Of a DNA stretch of 64,000 nt, positions 30,166 to 40,575 are shown piece by piece. Origin of the DNA: an uncultured Actinomycetota bacterium. Lineage in GTDB: Bacteria; Actinomycetota; Actinomycetes; Actinomycetales; Dermatophilaceae. Where the stretch lies: positions 54 to 64,053 of the forward strand of contig CAVVUD010000010.1 of assembly GCA_963751385.1 (NCBI GenBank), in the 5' to 3' direction. The translations under genes were made by a program, and so were the position numbers. Within the stretch, counting starts at the first letter, position 1, and each line of letters opens with the position of its first letter. The notes beneath the pieces were generated by a model. It saw only the letters and a program-made list of their open reading frames with translations, did no database searches and was not told where the DNA came from.

Positions 30166-31023
30166 TCAGTTTGCGCTCAGGCGGGCCAGCTCGTCGTCGT
30201 TGAGCTCGAGATCGGCGGCCAGCACCGAGTCCTCGATCGATGCCGGCCGCGACGCCCCGGGGATCGGGATGACGACCTCGGCCAGTGAGAGCTCCCACGC
30301 GAGGGCGACCTGCTGCGGGCTCACGCCGTGCGCCTTCGCCACCTCGGCGAATGCCGCGTGGCTGCTGCCGAGGTCGGCCGCCTTCGAGATGCCGCCGAGC
30401 GGGCTCCACGGCAGGAACGCGATGCCGAGCGCGGCGCAGTGCTCGAGCTCGCCGGCTCGAGCGGAAGGCCGGTGAGAACTGGTTCTGCACCGACGCGAGC
30501 CGGCCGCCGAGCACCTCGTCGGCCTCGTCGATCTGGGCGACGGTGGCGTTGGAGATACCGGCGCGCACGATGACGCCCTCGTCGAGCAGCTCGACCAGGG
30601 CGCCGACCGACTCGGCGTACGGCACCTTCGGGTCGGGTCGGTGGAACTGGTAGAGCCCGATCGCGTCGACCCCGAGCCGTCGCGCCGACGCCTTGGCCGC
30701 CTGTCTGAGGTAGGCCGGGTCACCGTTGGCGTCCACGAGCCGTCTCCCGGGCGCAGGTGCCCGCCCTTGGTCGCGACGAGCACCGACGTGGCGTCGCCGC
30801 CCCACGAACGGAGGGCGCCGGCGATGAGCTCCTCGTTGTGGCCGACCTCGTCGGCGTACAGGTGGTATGCGTCGGCGGTGTCGATGAGGGTGACCCCGGC
30901 GTCGAGGGCGGCGTGGATGGTCGCCACTGAGCGGGACCGCTCAGGGCGGCCCTCGATCGACATCGGCATCCCGCCGAGCCCGATCGCGCCGACCGTGAGA
31001 TCTGCGAGGGCGCGCTGCTGCAT
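30166..31023 (-). CDS. Aldo/keto reductase; two compensating frameshifts (~30735, ~30455)
   Basis: IGLGGMPMS, IDTADAY, ATKGG, LYQFHRPD (alternate frame), SVQNQFS, WSPLGG, IPIPG. Confidence 0.88.
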   Translation of the reverse strand: MQQRALADLTVGAIGLGGMPMSIEGRPERSRSVATIHAALDAGVTLIDTADAYHLYADEVGHNEELIAGALRSWGGDATSVLVATKGGHLRPGDGSWTPTVTRPTSDRRPRRRRDGSGSTRSGSTSSTDPTRRCRTPSRSAPWSSCSTRASSCAPVSPTPPSPRSTRPTRCSAAGSRRCRTSSHRPSARAGELEHCAALGIAFLPWSPLGGISKAADLGSSHAAFAEVAKAHGVSPQQVALAWELSLAEVVIPIPGASRPASIEDSVLAADLELNDDELARLSAN

Positions 31024-31027
31024 GTCG

Positions 31028-31243
31028 TCAGCTCCTGCTCCGTGGTGGTGTCAGGGCGGACTCCATGTGGGCCGCCCGCGCTCCGGTCGTCGCAGACTCG
31101 ACGAGGTAGTAGGGGTCGTCGTCGGTGGGCCGGAACTGCTGCCCCTCGAAGGTGAAGTCGCTGGTGCGCTTCTCCTTCACGGTCCCGTGGGTCTCGCCCT
31201 GTGAGGTGTTCCAGGTGACCTCGTCGCCCGTCGAGTAGCCCAT
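31028..31243 (-). CDS. DUF2945 small protein
   Basis: GDEVTWNTSQGETHGTV..DDPYYLVES..AAH. Confidence 0.85.
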   Translation of the reverse strand: MGYSTGDEVTWNTSQGETHGTVKEKRTSDFTFEGQQFRPTDDDPYYLVESATTGARAAHMESALTPPRSRS

Positions 31244-31526
31244 GGCCAGCTCCTTCCGTCGGCAGTGCCTTGCCCGGTACGACGCTAGCCGGATGCCGTG
31301 CCGACCGCGGCGGTGCGCGGCATCCGAACCGCGCGTCGTCGCAGGACACGCTGGTGGGTGAGGCCCGCCAGGGAGCGGCGTTGAGATTCACCCGCCGCTC
31401 GTCGACGCGCCTGCTTCTACCGAGTCGCGGGGCGCCCCGCAGAGGTGTTACGTTCACGCCGCATCTCGTGCGGGCGAGGCGCCGCGAAAGGCGACTGGGC
31501 CCCCCCGCTGGACCCTGGAGGACCCC

Positions 31527-34500
31527 ATGGCTTCGTCGTTCCGCCGGTTCGTGGGGAGGGTCGCCGTCGGCGCCCTCGCCGTGGCCGTCCCCGTCGTGCT
31601 GTGCCCCCGGTGGCGTCGGCCGCGGCCCCCCACCGAGCTCTTCATCTCGGAGTACGTCGAGGGGTCGAGCAACAACAAGGCCCTCGAGATCTACAACGGC
31701 ACGGGTCCGCCGTCGACCTCTTCGCGGGCGACTACAGCGTGGCGATGTACTTCAACGGTGCCGTGACCGTCGAGCTACGATCGACCTCAGCGGATCGGTC
31801 GCGCACGGGCGACGTCTGGGTGATCGCCCAGAGCGCCGCGAACGCTGCGGTCCTCGCGCAGGCCGACCAGACCAACGGCTCCGGCACTGGTTCAACGGCG
31901 ACGATGCCATCGTTCTGCGCAAGGGCGGCGCTCGGATCCGTCCTCGACTCCATCGGCCAGGTCGGCTTCGACCCCGGCACCGAGTGGGGTACCGACCTGT
32001 CGAGCACGGCAAGGACAACACGCTGCGCCGCAAGGCCACCATCGTGCGCGGGTGACACCAATCGCTGCACGACGCCTTCGTCCCCTCGGTCGAGTGGGAC
32101 GGTTTCGCGACGGACGCCGTCGACTACCTCGGTGCGTACCCCGGCAAACCGGTCGACACCGCACCGACAGTCGTCGTCGGTGAACCCTGCGGACGACGCG
32201 ACGGTGTCGGCCTCGGTCGGCCCGACGTGACCTTCAGCGAGGCCGTCACGACGAGCGCCTCGGCCTTCTCGCTCACCTGCTCGGTGAGCGGCGTGATCGG
32301 CTTCCAGCTCAGCGGGAGCGGCACGCAGTACGCCCTCGACCCCACGGCGAACCTCGTCGACGGTGACGAGTGCACCCTCACCATCACCGACACCGGCGTC
32401 AGCGACGTCGACAGCAACGACCCGCCGGACACACTTGCGGCGACCTACACCTCGTCCTTCACCGTCGCCGACCTCTGCACGGCCACGGTGACGGCCCCCA
32501 TCTACGCCATCCAGGGCTCCGGGCTCACGGCGGCGATCACCGGGCCGGTCACGACACGAGGTGTCGTCGTGGGCGACTACGAGGGCGCCAGCCCCAACCT
32601 GCGCGGCTTCTATCTCCAGGACGCCACGCGGGGACGCGAACCCGGCGACCTCCGACGGCATCTTCGTCTTCAACGGCAGCAACAACTCGGTCTCGGTCGG
32701 TGACGTCGTCGTGGTGTCAGGCACCGCCGGTGAGTACGAGGACCAGACCCAGATCTCCGCAGGCGACCGTGGCCACCTGCGGTACCGGCACGGTCGCGCC
32801 CACCGAGGTGACGCTGCCGATGGCCGACGCCGACACCTTCGAGAGGTACGAGGGCATGTCGGTGACGATGCCGCAGACGCTCTACGTCACCGAGCACTTC
32901 CAGCTCGGCCGCTTCGGCCAGGTGACGGTGTCCTCCGGCGGCCGCCTGCAGCAGCCCACCAACGTCGTCGCGCCCGGTGCCGAGGCGATCGCACTCCAGG
33001 CGCAGAACGACCTCAACCAGCTGATCATCGACGACACCCTCAACGGCCAGAACCCCGACCCGATCATCTGCGGTCGCGGCGGTCAGCCGCTCAGCGCGTC
33101 GAACACCTTGCGTGGCGGCGACACGACGACCGACGCGACCGGTGTGATGACCTACACCTGGGCGGGCAACTCGGCCAGCGGAAACGCGTACCGGCTGCGC
33201 CCGGTCGACCAGAGCGGTGAGGGCATCTCCTTCGCGGCCGTCAACCCTCGCCCGACGTCCGCACCTGACGTCGGTGGTGCGGTCCAGGTGGCCGGGATGA
33301 ACCTGCTCAACTACTTCAACACCTTCTCGGGGTGCTTCGGCGGGGTGTCGGGCCGACCGACGGACTGCCGAGGAGCCGGGATCAGCGCTCGAGTTCGAGC
33401 GGCAGACGGCCAAGACCGTCGCGGCCATCGTGAAGCTCGACGCGGACGTCATCGGCATCAACGAGATCGAGAACGACGGTTACGGCCCGGACAGCGCGAT
33501 CGCCGACCTCGTCGACGCGGTCAACGCCGCTGTCGGCGACGGGAACGTACGCCTTCGTCGACCCCGACGAGGCGACCGGTCAGGTCGACGCGCTCGGCGA
33601 CGACGCGATCAAGGTCGGCTTCCTCTACAAGCCGGCGGCGGTCACGCCGGTCGGGCAGACCGCGGTGCTCAACTCCGTCGAGTTCGTCAACGGTGGCGAC
33701 TCCGCGCCGCGCAACCGGCCTTCGCTGGCCCAGGGCTGGCAGAGCTCGGCGACCGGCGGCGTGTTCGTCACCGACGTCAACCACCTGAAGTCCAAGGGCT
33801 CCGAGTGCGACGCTCCCGACACCGGTGACGGCCAGGCCAACTGCGCCAAGGTGCGGACCCGCTCGGCGAAGCTGCTCCTCGACTGGCTGGCGAGCGACCC
33901 GACGAGGACGAACGACAGCGACGTCCTGCTCGTCGGGGACTACAACTCCTACGCCAAGGAGACGCCGATCACCACGCTCGAGGCCGGCGGCTTCACCAAC
34001 CTCGTGGAGAAGTACCTGGGCGCGGACGCGTACTCCTACGCCTTCGACGGGCAGTGGGGCTACCTCGACCATGCGCTGGGCTCGCTCTCGATGACCAAGC
34101 AGGTCACAGGGGTCGCCGACTACCACATCAACGCCGATGAGCCGTCCGTGCTCGACTACAACACCGACTTCAAGTCGGCGCCGCAGATCGAGAGCCTCTA
34201 CGAGCCGGACGAGTACCGCGTGTCCGACCACGACCCGGTGCTCATCGGGCTCACGCCGGCACCGTCCATCTACCGGACGCCCGCGCTCGAGGGGCCGCTG
34301 GACAACGACGGTCGCTCGGTGAAGGTCGGCTCGACCCTCCCGGTGGAGGTCACCTACGCCACGGAGGACGGCTCGACCCCGACCGACGTCGCACCGGTGG
34401 TGCAGGTGCGCCTGGCCGGCGAGGTGGTCCTGACGGCGGAGATGAGCTACGTGGACGGCTACTGGCAGTACCTGCTCCGGACCGCGGACCTGCCGGATCC

Positions 34501-34579
34501 GGACGCGACGTACCGCGTGACCGTCCTCGCCCCCGCCAACGGGCAGTCCGCCACAGGTACCTTCCGACTACGGCCGTGA
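31527..34579 (+). CDS. ExeM/NucH family extracellular endonuclease (lamin-tail, Ig-like, OB and EEP domains); many frameshifts
   Basis: Signal peptide, [79 protein letters not shown]. Confidence 0.85.
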
Positions 34580-34609
34580 GCCGACGCCCGTGAGGGCGGC
34601 AGAGCCGTG

Positions 34610-34637
34610 ACGGGGCGGGCCTTCGGGCCCGCCCCGT
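34610..34637. terminator. Hairpin between convergent genes
   Basis: ACGGGGCGGGCC-TTCG-GGCCCGCCCCGT. Confidence 0.75.
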
Positions 34638-34656
34638 TCTCCTGGCAACCCGAGGG

Positions 34657-35634
34657 TCAGGGGGTGACGACGACGCGGTGTGGTGCCCGTCCGGCGGCGG
34701 CGTCGGCCCAGGCCGCCGGGGCGTCGTCGAGCTGAACGATGTCGTGGCTCACCACGAGGCGACCGGCGGCAGCGTGCCCGAGCACGGTGGCGAACACCGC
34801 GCGCCGTCGCTCGTCCGTGAGCGCGTTGTTCGTGTGACCGATGACGGATGCCGACCTGCTGCGGAGCGTGGCCGAGTCGACGGCGAGCGCGGGACCGGCG
34901 CTGCTCCCGAGGTTGACGAGGCGCCCCCCGTCCGCCAGCACCGAGATGGACGCGGTGCCGGGGACACCGGCGAGCGGGTCGACGACGACATCGGCCGAGC
35001 CGCCACAGGCGTCCCTCAGCCGGACGGCGAGCGCGGCGGCATCCTCGTCGGGGCGAAGGTCGACCACGGCATCCGCGCCGCAGGCGGAGGCCCGCTCCCG
35101 AGCGGCGGTGGAACGGGCCGCCGCGACGACGCGGGCCGCACCGAGCAGGCGGGCGGCCTGCACGGCGACCTGTCCCACCACGCCGCCGGCCCCGAGCACG
35201 AGCACCGTCTCGCCCCGCCGGAGGGCGGCACCGCCCTCGAGCACCTGCCACGCGGCGACGGCCGACAAGCCGAGCGCGGCGACCGAGGCGTCGGGCAGGT
35301 CGGCCTCGACGACCACCGCCTCGGCGGCGCTCGCCAGCGCGAGCTCGGCCAGGCCCCCGTCGCCCGTCGCCATGCCCGCCGTCGTCGGGAACCAGACCCG
35401 GCGACCGACCAGCTCGGCCGGGCCGCGTCGCACCACTCCCACGGCCTGCACCCCCGGCACGTACGGCAGCGCGGGCGGCCCGAAGTAGGAGGTGCCTGAC
35501 GCGCAGAGCAGGTCCAGTGGCGTGATCGGTACGGCGGTGACAGCGACGAGCAGCTGGCCCGAGCCCGGCACGGGGTCGGCGTGGTCGAGGACCTCCGGGC
35601 GCCGCCCGTGGCTGCTGATCGTCGCGGCGCGCAC
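34657..35634 (-). CDS. Medium-chain NAD(P)H quinone oxidoreductase-like protein
   Basis: PYVPGVQAVG, LGAGGVVGQVAVQ, GRLVNLG. Confidence 0.85.
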   Translation of the reverse strand: MRAATISSHGRRPEVLDHADPVPGSGQLLVAVTAVPITPLDLLCASGTSYFGPPALPYVPGVQAVGVVRRGPAELVGRRVWFPTTAGMATGDGGLAELALASAAEAVVVEADLPDASVAALGLSAVAAWQVLEGGAALRRGETVLVLGAGGVVGQVAVQAARLLGAARVVAAARSTAARERASACGADAVVDLRPDEDAAALAVRLRDACGGSADVVVDPLAGVPGTASISVLADGGRLVNLGSSAGPALAVDSATLRSRSASVIGHTNNALTDERRRAVFATVLGHAAAGRLVVSHDIVQLDDAPAAWADAAAGRAPHRVVVTP

Positions 35635-35641
35635 CGGGACC

Positions 35642-36004
35642 TCAGGTGGCGATGTCGGGGTAGGGCAGCGACAGGTGGGCCAGGGCGGCGCCGTAGCCCT
35701 TCTGGTAAGAGAGCGGCTCGGGGTGGTCGCGCTCGAACAGCGCGATGAAGAGGGTCAGGGTCAGGAACGGGTGCGCGCCCATCCCGAACAGCGCCACGTG
35801 GTCGTGGTCGACGAGGGCGGCGCGCTCCTCCTCGGTGAAGGCGAGCCAGGTGCTCGCCTCGGCGTCGATGACGTTGAGGATGCGGTTGGCCTGGGTCTCC
35901 TCCCACCACACGACGAACCCGGAGGGGTCCTCGCGGTAGCGCTCGACGAGGTCGGGGTCGCGGTCGACGGTGAACAGGAACTTGTTGAGCAGGTACTTGC
36001 TCAT
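35642..36004 (-). CDS. LigA-like small subunit of an extradiol dioxygenase (putative)
   Basis: YLLNKFL..VERYREDP..FTEEERAAL..D..ALFGMGAHPFL; ATGA overlap with the LigB-like gene. Confidence 0.65.
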   Translation of the reverse strand: MSKYLLNKFLFTVDRDPDLVERYREDPSGFVVWWEETQANRILNVIDAEASTWLAFTEEERAALVDHDHVALFGMGAHPFLTLTLFIALFERDHPEPLSYQKGYGAALAHLSLPYPDIAT

Positions 36005-36864
36005 GCCGGCGCTCCGTTCGGGTACCAGGTGAAGTAGGCCTCCATCGTGTGGAACAGGTCGAGGCTGTCCACGTGGTCGGCCTTCGCGTTCTCCCCGGCC
36101 ACACCCATCATCAGCATGAAGTCCATGAAGCCGTGGGTGGCGTTGCCGGGCAGGTGCAGGCTGTCCAGGCTCACCTCGCGCAGGCAGCCGTCGAGGTCGC
36201 CGTTCGCGATCCACTGCACGGCCCGCTGGTCGAACTCGGGGTCGGGTCCGTGCGGGCCGAACTGGCGCGGACCGCCGAGCTCGAGGGAGAGGTGGCCGGT
36301 ACCGATGATCGCCACCCGCTGCTCGCTCGGCCACGACTCGACGAGCTCGCGGATGGTGCGGCCCAGCTCGACGAAACGCTTCGGCTGGGGCAGCGGCGGC
36401 GCGAAGATGTTGGTGTAGATCGGCACGATCGGCAGGTCGGCCTCCGGCCGCAGCGTGATGATCGGGCAGGTGATCGAGTGGTCGATCCGCAGCTCGTTGC
36501 TGAAGGCGAGGTCGAAGCCGGAGTCCAGGCCCCCGCGCAGGATGTGTGACGAGAGCTCCTCGTGGCCGTCGAGCCGGAACCGCGGGAGGCCGAACTCGCG
36601 CTCCTCGTTGTACCAGTTGGCGTCGTAGACAGGCGCCTTGCCCACGAGGAACTGCGGCATGTTGTCGAGCCACAGCTGGTGGAAGTGGTCGCTGCCGACC
36701 ATGACGAGCACGTCGGGTCGGGCCCTGGTGAGCGTCTCGCGGAAGCGCTCGATCTTGGCCACCCACTCGTCGGCGAACGGTGGGCGCTCCTCACCGGCCG
36801 CGGTGCTCGCGCGGTAGTAGAAGGGGTGGTGCGTCGAGGCGATGACGGCGACGACCTGCGCCAT
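36001..36864 (-). CDS. Class III (LigB-like) extradiol ring-cleavage dioxygenase
   Basis: STHHP, PDVLVMVGSDH, IDHSITCP, IGTGHLS. Confidence 0.85.
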   Translation of the reverse strand: MAQVVAVIASTHHPFYYRASTAAGEERPPFADEWVAKIERFRETLTRARPDVLVMVGSDHFHQLWLDNMPQFLVGKAPVYDANWYNEEREFGLPRFRLDGHEELSSHILRGGLDSGFDLAFSNELRIDHSITCPIITLRPEADLPIVPIYTNIFAPPLPQPKRFVELGRTIRELVESWPSEQRVAIIGTGHLSLELGGPRQFGPHGPDPEFDQRAVQWIANGDLDGCLREVSLDSLHLPGNATHGFMDFMLMMGVAGENAKADHVDSLDLFHTMEAYFTWYPNGAPA

Positions 36865-36884
36865 GTCAGGGTCTCCTTTCGGGG

Positions 36885-37670
36885 TCAGGACTGCGGGTCG
36901 ACGTACTGCGCGTTGCGGTCGACGGCGAGGTAGACATCCATGCCGATCGGGCGGCGGCGCTCCTCCGCGAGCTGGCCGAGCAGGCCGGCCGCCCGGGCGA
37001 GCAGCGCGAACCCGCGCAGCATCTCGACCGGGAGCCCGAGGTCGGCCAGGGCCGCCCCGCACACCCCGGCACCGTTGAGCGGCAGGCGCCGGCCCAGCAC
37101 CTGCTCGTGGACCCGGCCGACGGCCTCGAAGAGCCGCAGGTGGGGGCCGCGCAGCCCCTCCTCGTCCGCGATGCCGAGGAGCACTGGGGTGCGGGGATCG
37201 CCGTCCTTGTGCACCGGGTGGCCGAGGCCAGGGACGTAGCGACCCGCCTCCTTGGTGCGGCGCACGGCGGCGAGCGCGACGGCATCCCACTGCTCGTCGG
37301 TCTGGGGCAGGTCGTCACCGAGGTCGACGACCACGGCGTCGAGGAATGCGCCGCAGTCCTCGGTGACCCCGAGGAAGCGCGACCCGCCGCCGAGTAGGCC
37401 GGCGGCCAGTGCGCCCTGGAGGGAGTCGGGCGCGGAGAGGTAGGTGAGCCGCGCCGCGATGGCGGTCGGCGTGAACCCGTGGTCGGCCAGCGCCACGAGC
37501 ACGGCCTCGAACACCCGCGTCTCCGAGGGGCTCGGGCGGCGCATCGCGACCAGCCAGAAGGCCAGCTCGCCGAAGCCCACCTTTCCCATCAGGTCGGCGG
37601 TGAGGTCCTGGCCGAGCAGCCGGATCTCGTCGGCGCTCGAGGTACCGAGCGAGGTGGGGTAGGTCGTCAC
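36885..37670 (-). CDS. Citryl-CoA lyase-like (citrate synthase fold) protein
   Basis: ADHGFTPTAIAAR, VPGLGHPVHKDGDPR, LPLNGAG, ARAAGLLG. Confidence 0.82.
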   Translation of the reverse strand: MTTYPTSLGTSSADEIRLLGQDLTADLMGKVGFGELAFWLVAMRRPSPSETRVFEAVLVALADHGFTPTAIAARLTYLSAPDSLQGALAAGLLGGGSRFLGVTEDCGAFLDAVVVDLGDDLPQTDEQWDAVALAAVRRTKEAGRYVPGLGHPVHKDGDPRTPVLLGIADEEGLRGPHLRLFEAVGRVHEQVLGRRLPLNGAGVCGAALADLGLPVEMLRGFALLARAAGLLGQLAEERRRPIGMDVYLAVDRNAQYVDPQS

Positions 37671-38845
37671 GCGTCACGCTCCGTCGTGCGGCTGACCGGC
37701 TGACCGAGCCAGCGCCGGATCTCATCACCGTGCTCGTCGAGCCCGGGAGGCGGCCACAGGTAGTCGGCAGGCGTGTCGGAGAACCGGATCGGGTTGCGCA
37801 CCGAGGGCACCGCGGTGTCGCCCTCACCGACGAGGACGACGGGGTCGAGGCCGACCGATTCGGCGAAGGCGACCCCGCCGTCGATGGTGTTGATCGGGCC
37901 GCACGGCACGCCGGCCGCGGTGATGATCTCGAACCACTCCATGGTGGTGCGGGTGGCGAGGCGCTCGACCAGCAGCGGCCGCAGCTCGTGACGGTGCGCT
38001 GTGCGGTCCTCGTTGCCGCGGAAGCGGGGGTCGTCGGCGAGCTCGCGCACGCCGAGCACCTCGACCAGCCGCCGGAACTGCCCGTTGTTGCCGGCGGTGA
38101 TGATCAGGTCGCCGTCGGAGCACGGGAGGGGCTCGTAGGGGAACAGGCTGGGGTGGCTGTTGCCCATCCGGGTGGGGACGACCCCGCCCGCGACGAACGC
38201 GCTCGCCTGGTTGACCAGCCCGGACAACGCGGACGACAGCAGGTTGACCTCGACGTGCTGGCCGCGACCGGAGTCGTGGCGGGCGTCGAGCGCGGCGAGC
38301 ACGCCGATCGTCGCGTGCAGACCGGCCATCACGTCGAAGACCGAGATGCCGGCGCGGTAGGCCGGGCCGTCGGGGTCGCCGGTCAGGCTCATCAGCCCCG
38401 AGATGGCCTGGACCATGAGGTCGTAGCCGGGCAGGTCACGCCCGCCGGGGCCGCTGCCGAAACCGCTGATCGAGGCGTAGACCACCCGCGGGTTGCCGGA
38501 GCTCACGCTCTCGTAGTCCAGGCCGAAGCGGGCCAGGCCGCCCGGCTTGAAGTTCTCGACGAGCACGTCGGCTCGGCGGGCCAGCTCGCGGGCGGCGGCC
38601 AGGTCGCCGTCGTCCTTGAGGTCGAGGGCCACCGAGCGCTTGTTGCGGTTGACCCCGAGGTAGTAGGTCGAGATGCCGTCGCGCAGGGGCGGGCTCCAGG
38701 TGCGGGTGTCGTCGCCGGCGGGCGACTCGACCTTGACCACCTCGGCGCCGAGGTCGGCGAGCAGCATCGTGGCGTAGGGCCCGGCGAGGATCCTGGAGAA
38801 GTCGGCGACGAGCAGGCCGGCCAAGGGCCCGGTGCGCTCGGCCAT
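37667..38845 (-). CDS. Family III CoA transferase (CaiB/BaiF)
   Basis: SRILAGPYATMLLADLGAEVVKVE, NRNKRS, ENFKPG, SISGFG, GYD. Confidence 0.92.
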   Translation of the reverse strand: MAERTGPLAGLLVADFSRILAGPYATMLLADLGAEVVKVESPAGDDTRTWSPPLRDGISTYYLGVNRNKRSVALDLKDDGDLAAARELARRADVLVENFKPGGLARFGLDYESVSSGNPRVVYASISGFGSGPGGRDLPGYDLMVQAISGLMSLTGDPDGPAYRAGISVFDVMAGLHATIGVLAALDARHDSGRGQHVEVNLLSSALSGLVNQASAFVAGGVVPTRMGNSHPSLFPYEPLPCSDGDLIITAGNNGQFRRLVEVLGVRELADDPRFRGNEDRTAHRHELRPLLVERLATRTTMEWFEIITAAGVPCGPINTIDGGVAFAESVGLDPVVLVGEGDTAVPSVRNPIRFSDTPADYLWPPPGLDEHGDEIRRWLGQPVSRTTERDA

Positions 38846-38865
38846 AGGACCACTCCTTCCTCGCC

Positions 38866-39038
38866 GTACCGCCGCAACGGACAGGTGTCCGCAGGGCTGG
38901 TCGTCCGAGTCTCATGCTGCGACCAAAGCGTGTCAAGAGCACACGATCGCCCGCCGTCGAGGGTCTTGACACCCACGGTCCGGCGCGCGGACAGTGGGTC
39001 TGCGGCACTCGAGTGCCGTCATGCGGACAAGTGTCCGC
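38866..39038. promoter_or_regulatory. Divergent promoter with IclR/PcaR-type operators
   Basis: Back-to-back TTGACA hexamers (minus 38931-38936, plus 38966-38971). Palindromes CGGACAGGTGTCCG (38878-38891), GTCCG-GCGCG-CGGAC (38978-38992) and GCGGACAAGTGTCCGC (39023-39038). Confidence 0.65.
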
Positions 39039-39071
39039 CCGCCATTCGGTGCGAGGTGAACGGGAGAGGTC

Positions 39072-40553
39072 ATGGCTCACGACGAGGTGGCCGACGGTCG
39101 TCCGGTGCTGTTCCGGAACGCCACGGTGCTCACGATGGACGACACCCACAGCGTGCTCACCGGGGGCGACGTGCTCGTCGTCGGTGACCGCGTGGCCGAG
39201 GTCGGGCACGGGCTCAGCGCCCCCGACGGGGCGCTCGAGATCGACGCCGCGGGCGGCATCGTCATGCCCGGCATGGTCGACACCCACCGGCACATGTGGC
39301 AGACGGCGATGCGCGGCTACGGCGCCGACTGGACCCTGACCCAGTACTTCGTCTGGTACTACCTCGAGCACGGCAAGCAGTTCCGACCCGAGGACGTGCA
39401 CACCGGCAACCTGCTCTCGGCCTGGGACGCCCTCGAGGCCGGGGTCACCACGACCGTCGACTGGTCACACGGCCTGCAGTCGGTCGACCACGCCGAGGCC
39501 GCCGTCGACGCGCTCCAGTCAGTGCCCGGACGGTTCGTGCTCGCCTACGGCAACATCCAGGCCGGCCCGTGGGAGTGGACGGCCGACCCCGCGGTCCGCT
39601 CGTTCCTCGAGCGCCGCCGCGGCGACCTGTACGGCTGGCAGCTCGCCTTCGACGTCACGGGTGACCCGGCCTTTCCGGAGCGCCCGGCCTTCGAGGTGGC
39701 GCGCGAGCTCGACCTGCCGGTCACGACGCACGCGGGGGTCTGGGGCGCGACGAACGACGACGGCATCCGTCTCATGCACGAGAACGGCTTCATGAACGAG
39801 TCCAGCGTCTTCGTGCACGCCGCGACGCTGTCGACGGACTCCTACCACCGCATCGCGGCCACCGGCGGGTCGGCCTCGGTGTCGACGGAGTCCGAGCAGA
39901 GTGCCGGGCAGGGCTACCCGCCCACCTGGCAGCTGCGCAAGCACGGCATCCCGGTGTCGCTGTCGATGGACACCAGTGTGTGGTGGAGCAGCGACCTGTT
40001 TTCGGCGATGCGCACCACGCTGGGCGCCGACCGCTCGCGCGAGCACCTCGAGGCACACGCGGCGGGTGACACGGTCACCAACGTGCACCTGCGGGCCGAG
40101 CAGGTCGTCGAGTGGGCCACCCGCGGCGGCGCCCGGGCGCTGGGTCACGACGAGATCGGCCGGCTCGTGCCCGGCGCCAAGGCCGACGTCGTGCTACTGA
40201 GGAACGACCGCTCACCGGTGTCCTTCCCGTTGCTCAACCCCTACGGCCACGTCGCCTTCCAGGCCCAGCGCGGCGACGTGCACACCGTGCTCGTCGACGG
40301 CCGGGTGGTCAAGCACGAGGGTGCCCTCGTGGGGTGCGACATCGCCGACCTGCGCCGTCGCGCGGAGTCGACCGTCGAGCACCTGGTCGACGCGATGGGT
40401 GCCGACGCCTGGACTGCCGGCATGAACCCCGCCCTGCCCGACGACGACGACAAGGTGCTCGACAACCCGTACCAGTACACGGAGTTCCGCACCGACACCA
40501 CCCGCGCGCGGGGTACGGTCTTCGGCGAGCCGGGGGCCGGCGAGGACGACTGA
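39072..40553 (+). CDS. Metal-dependent amidohydrolase (SAH/chlorohydrolase/deaminase-like)
   Basis: MPGMVDTHRH, AGVTT, TTHAG, SLSMD, IGRLVPGAKAD. Confidence 0.88.
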   Translation: MAHDEVADGRPVLFRNATVLTMDDTHSVLTGGDVLVVGDRVAEVGHGLSAPDGALEIDAAGGIVMPGMVDTHRHMWQTAMRGYGADWTLTQYFVWYYLEHGKQFRPEDVHTGNLLSAWDALEAGVTTTVDWSHGLQSVDHAEAAVDALQSVPGRFVLAYGNIQAGPWEWTADPAVRSFLERRRGDLYGWQLAFDVTGDPAFPERPAFEVARELDLPVTTHAGVWGATNDDGIRLMHENGFMNESSVFVHAATLSTDSYHRIAATGGSASVSTESEQSAGQGYPPTWQLRKHGIPVSLSMDTSVWWSSDLFSAMRTTLGADRSREHLEAHAAGDTVTNVHLRAEQVVEWATRGGARALGHDEIGRLVPGAKADVVLLRNDRSPVSFPLLNPYGHVAFQAQRGDVHTVLVDGRVVKHEGALVGCDIADLRRRAESTVEHLVDAMGADAWTAGMNPALPDDDDKVLDNPYQYTEFRTDTTRARGTVFGEPGAGEDD

Positions 40554-40575
40554 GACCCCGACGACCCAGGGAGAC

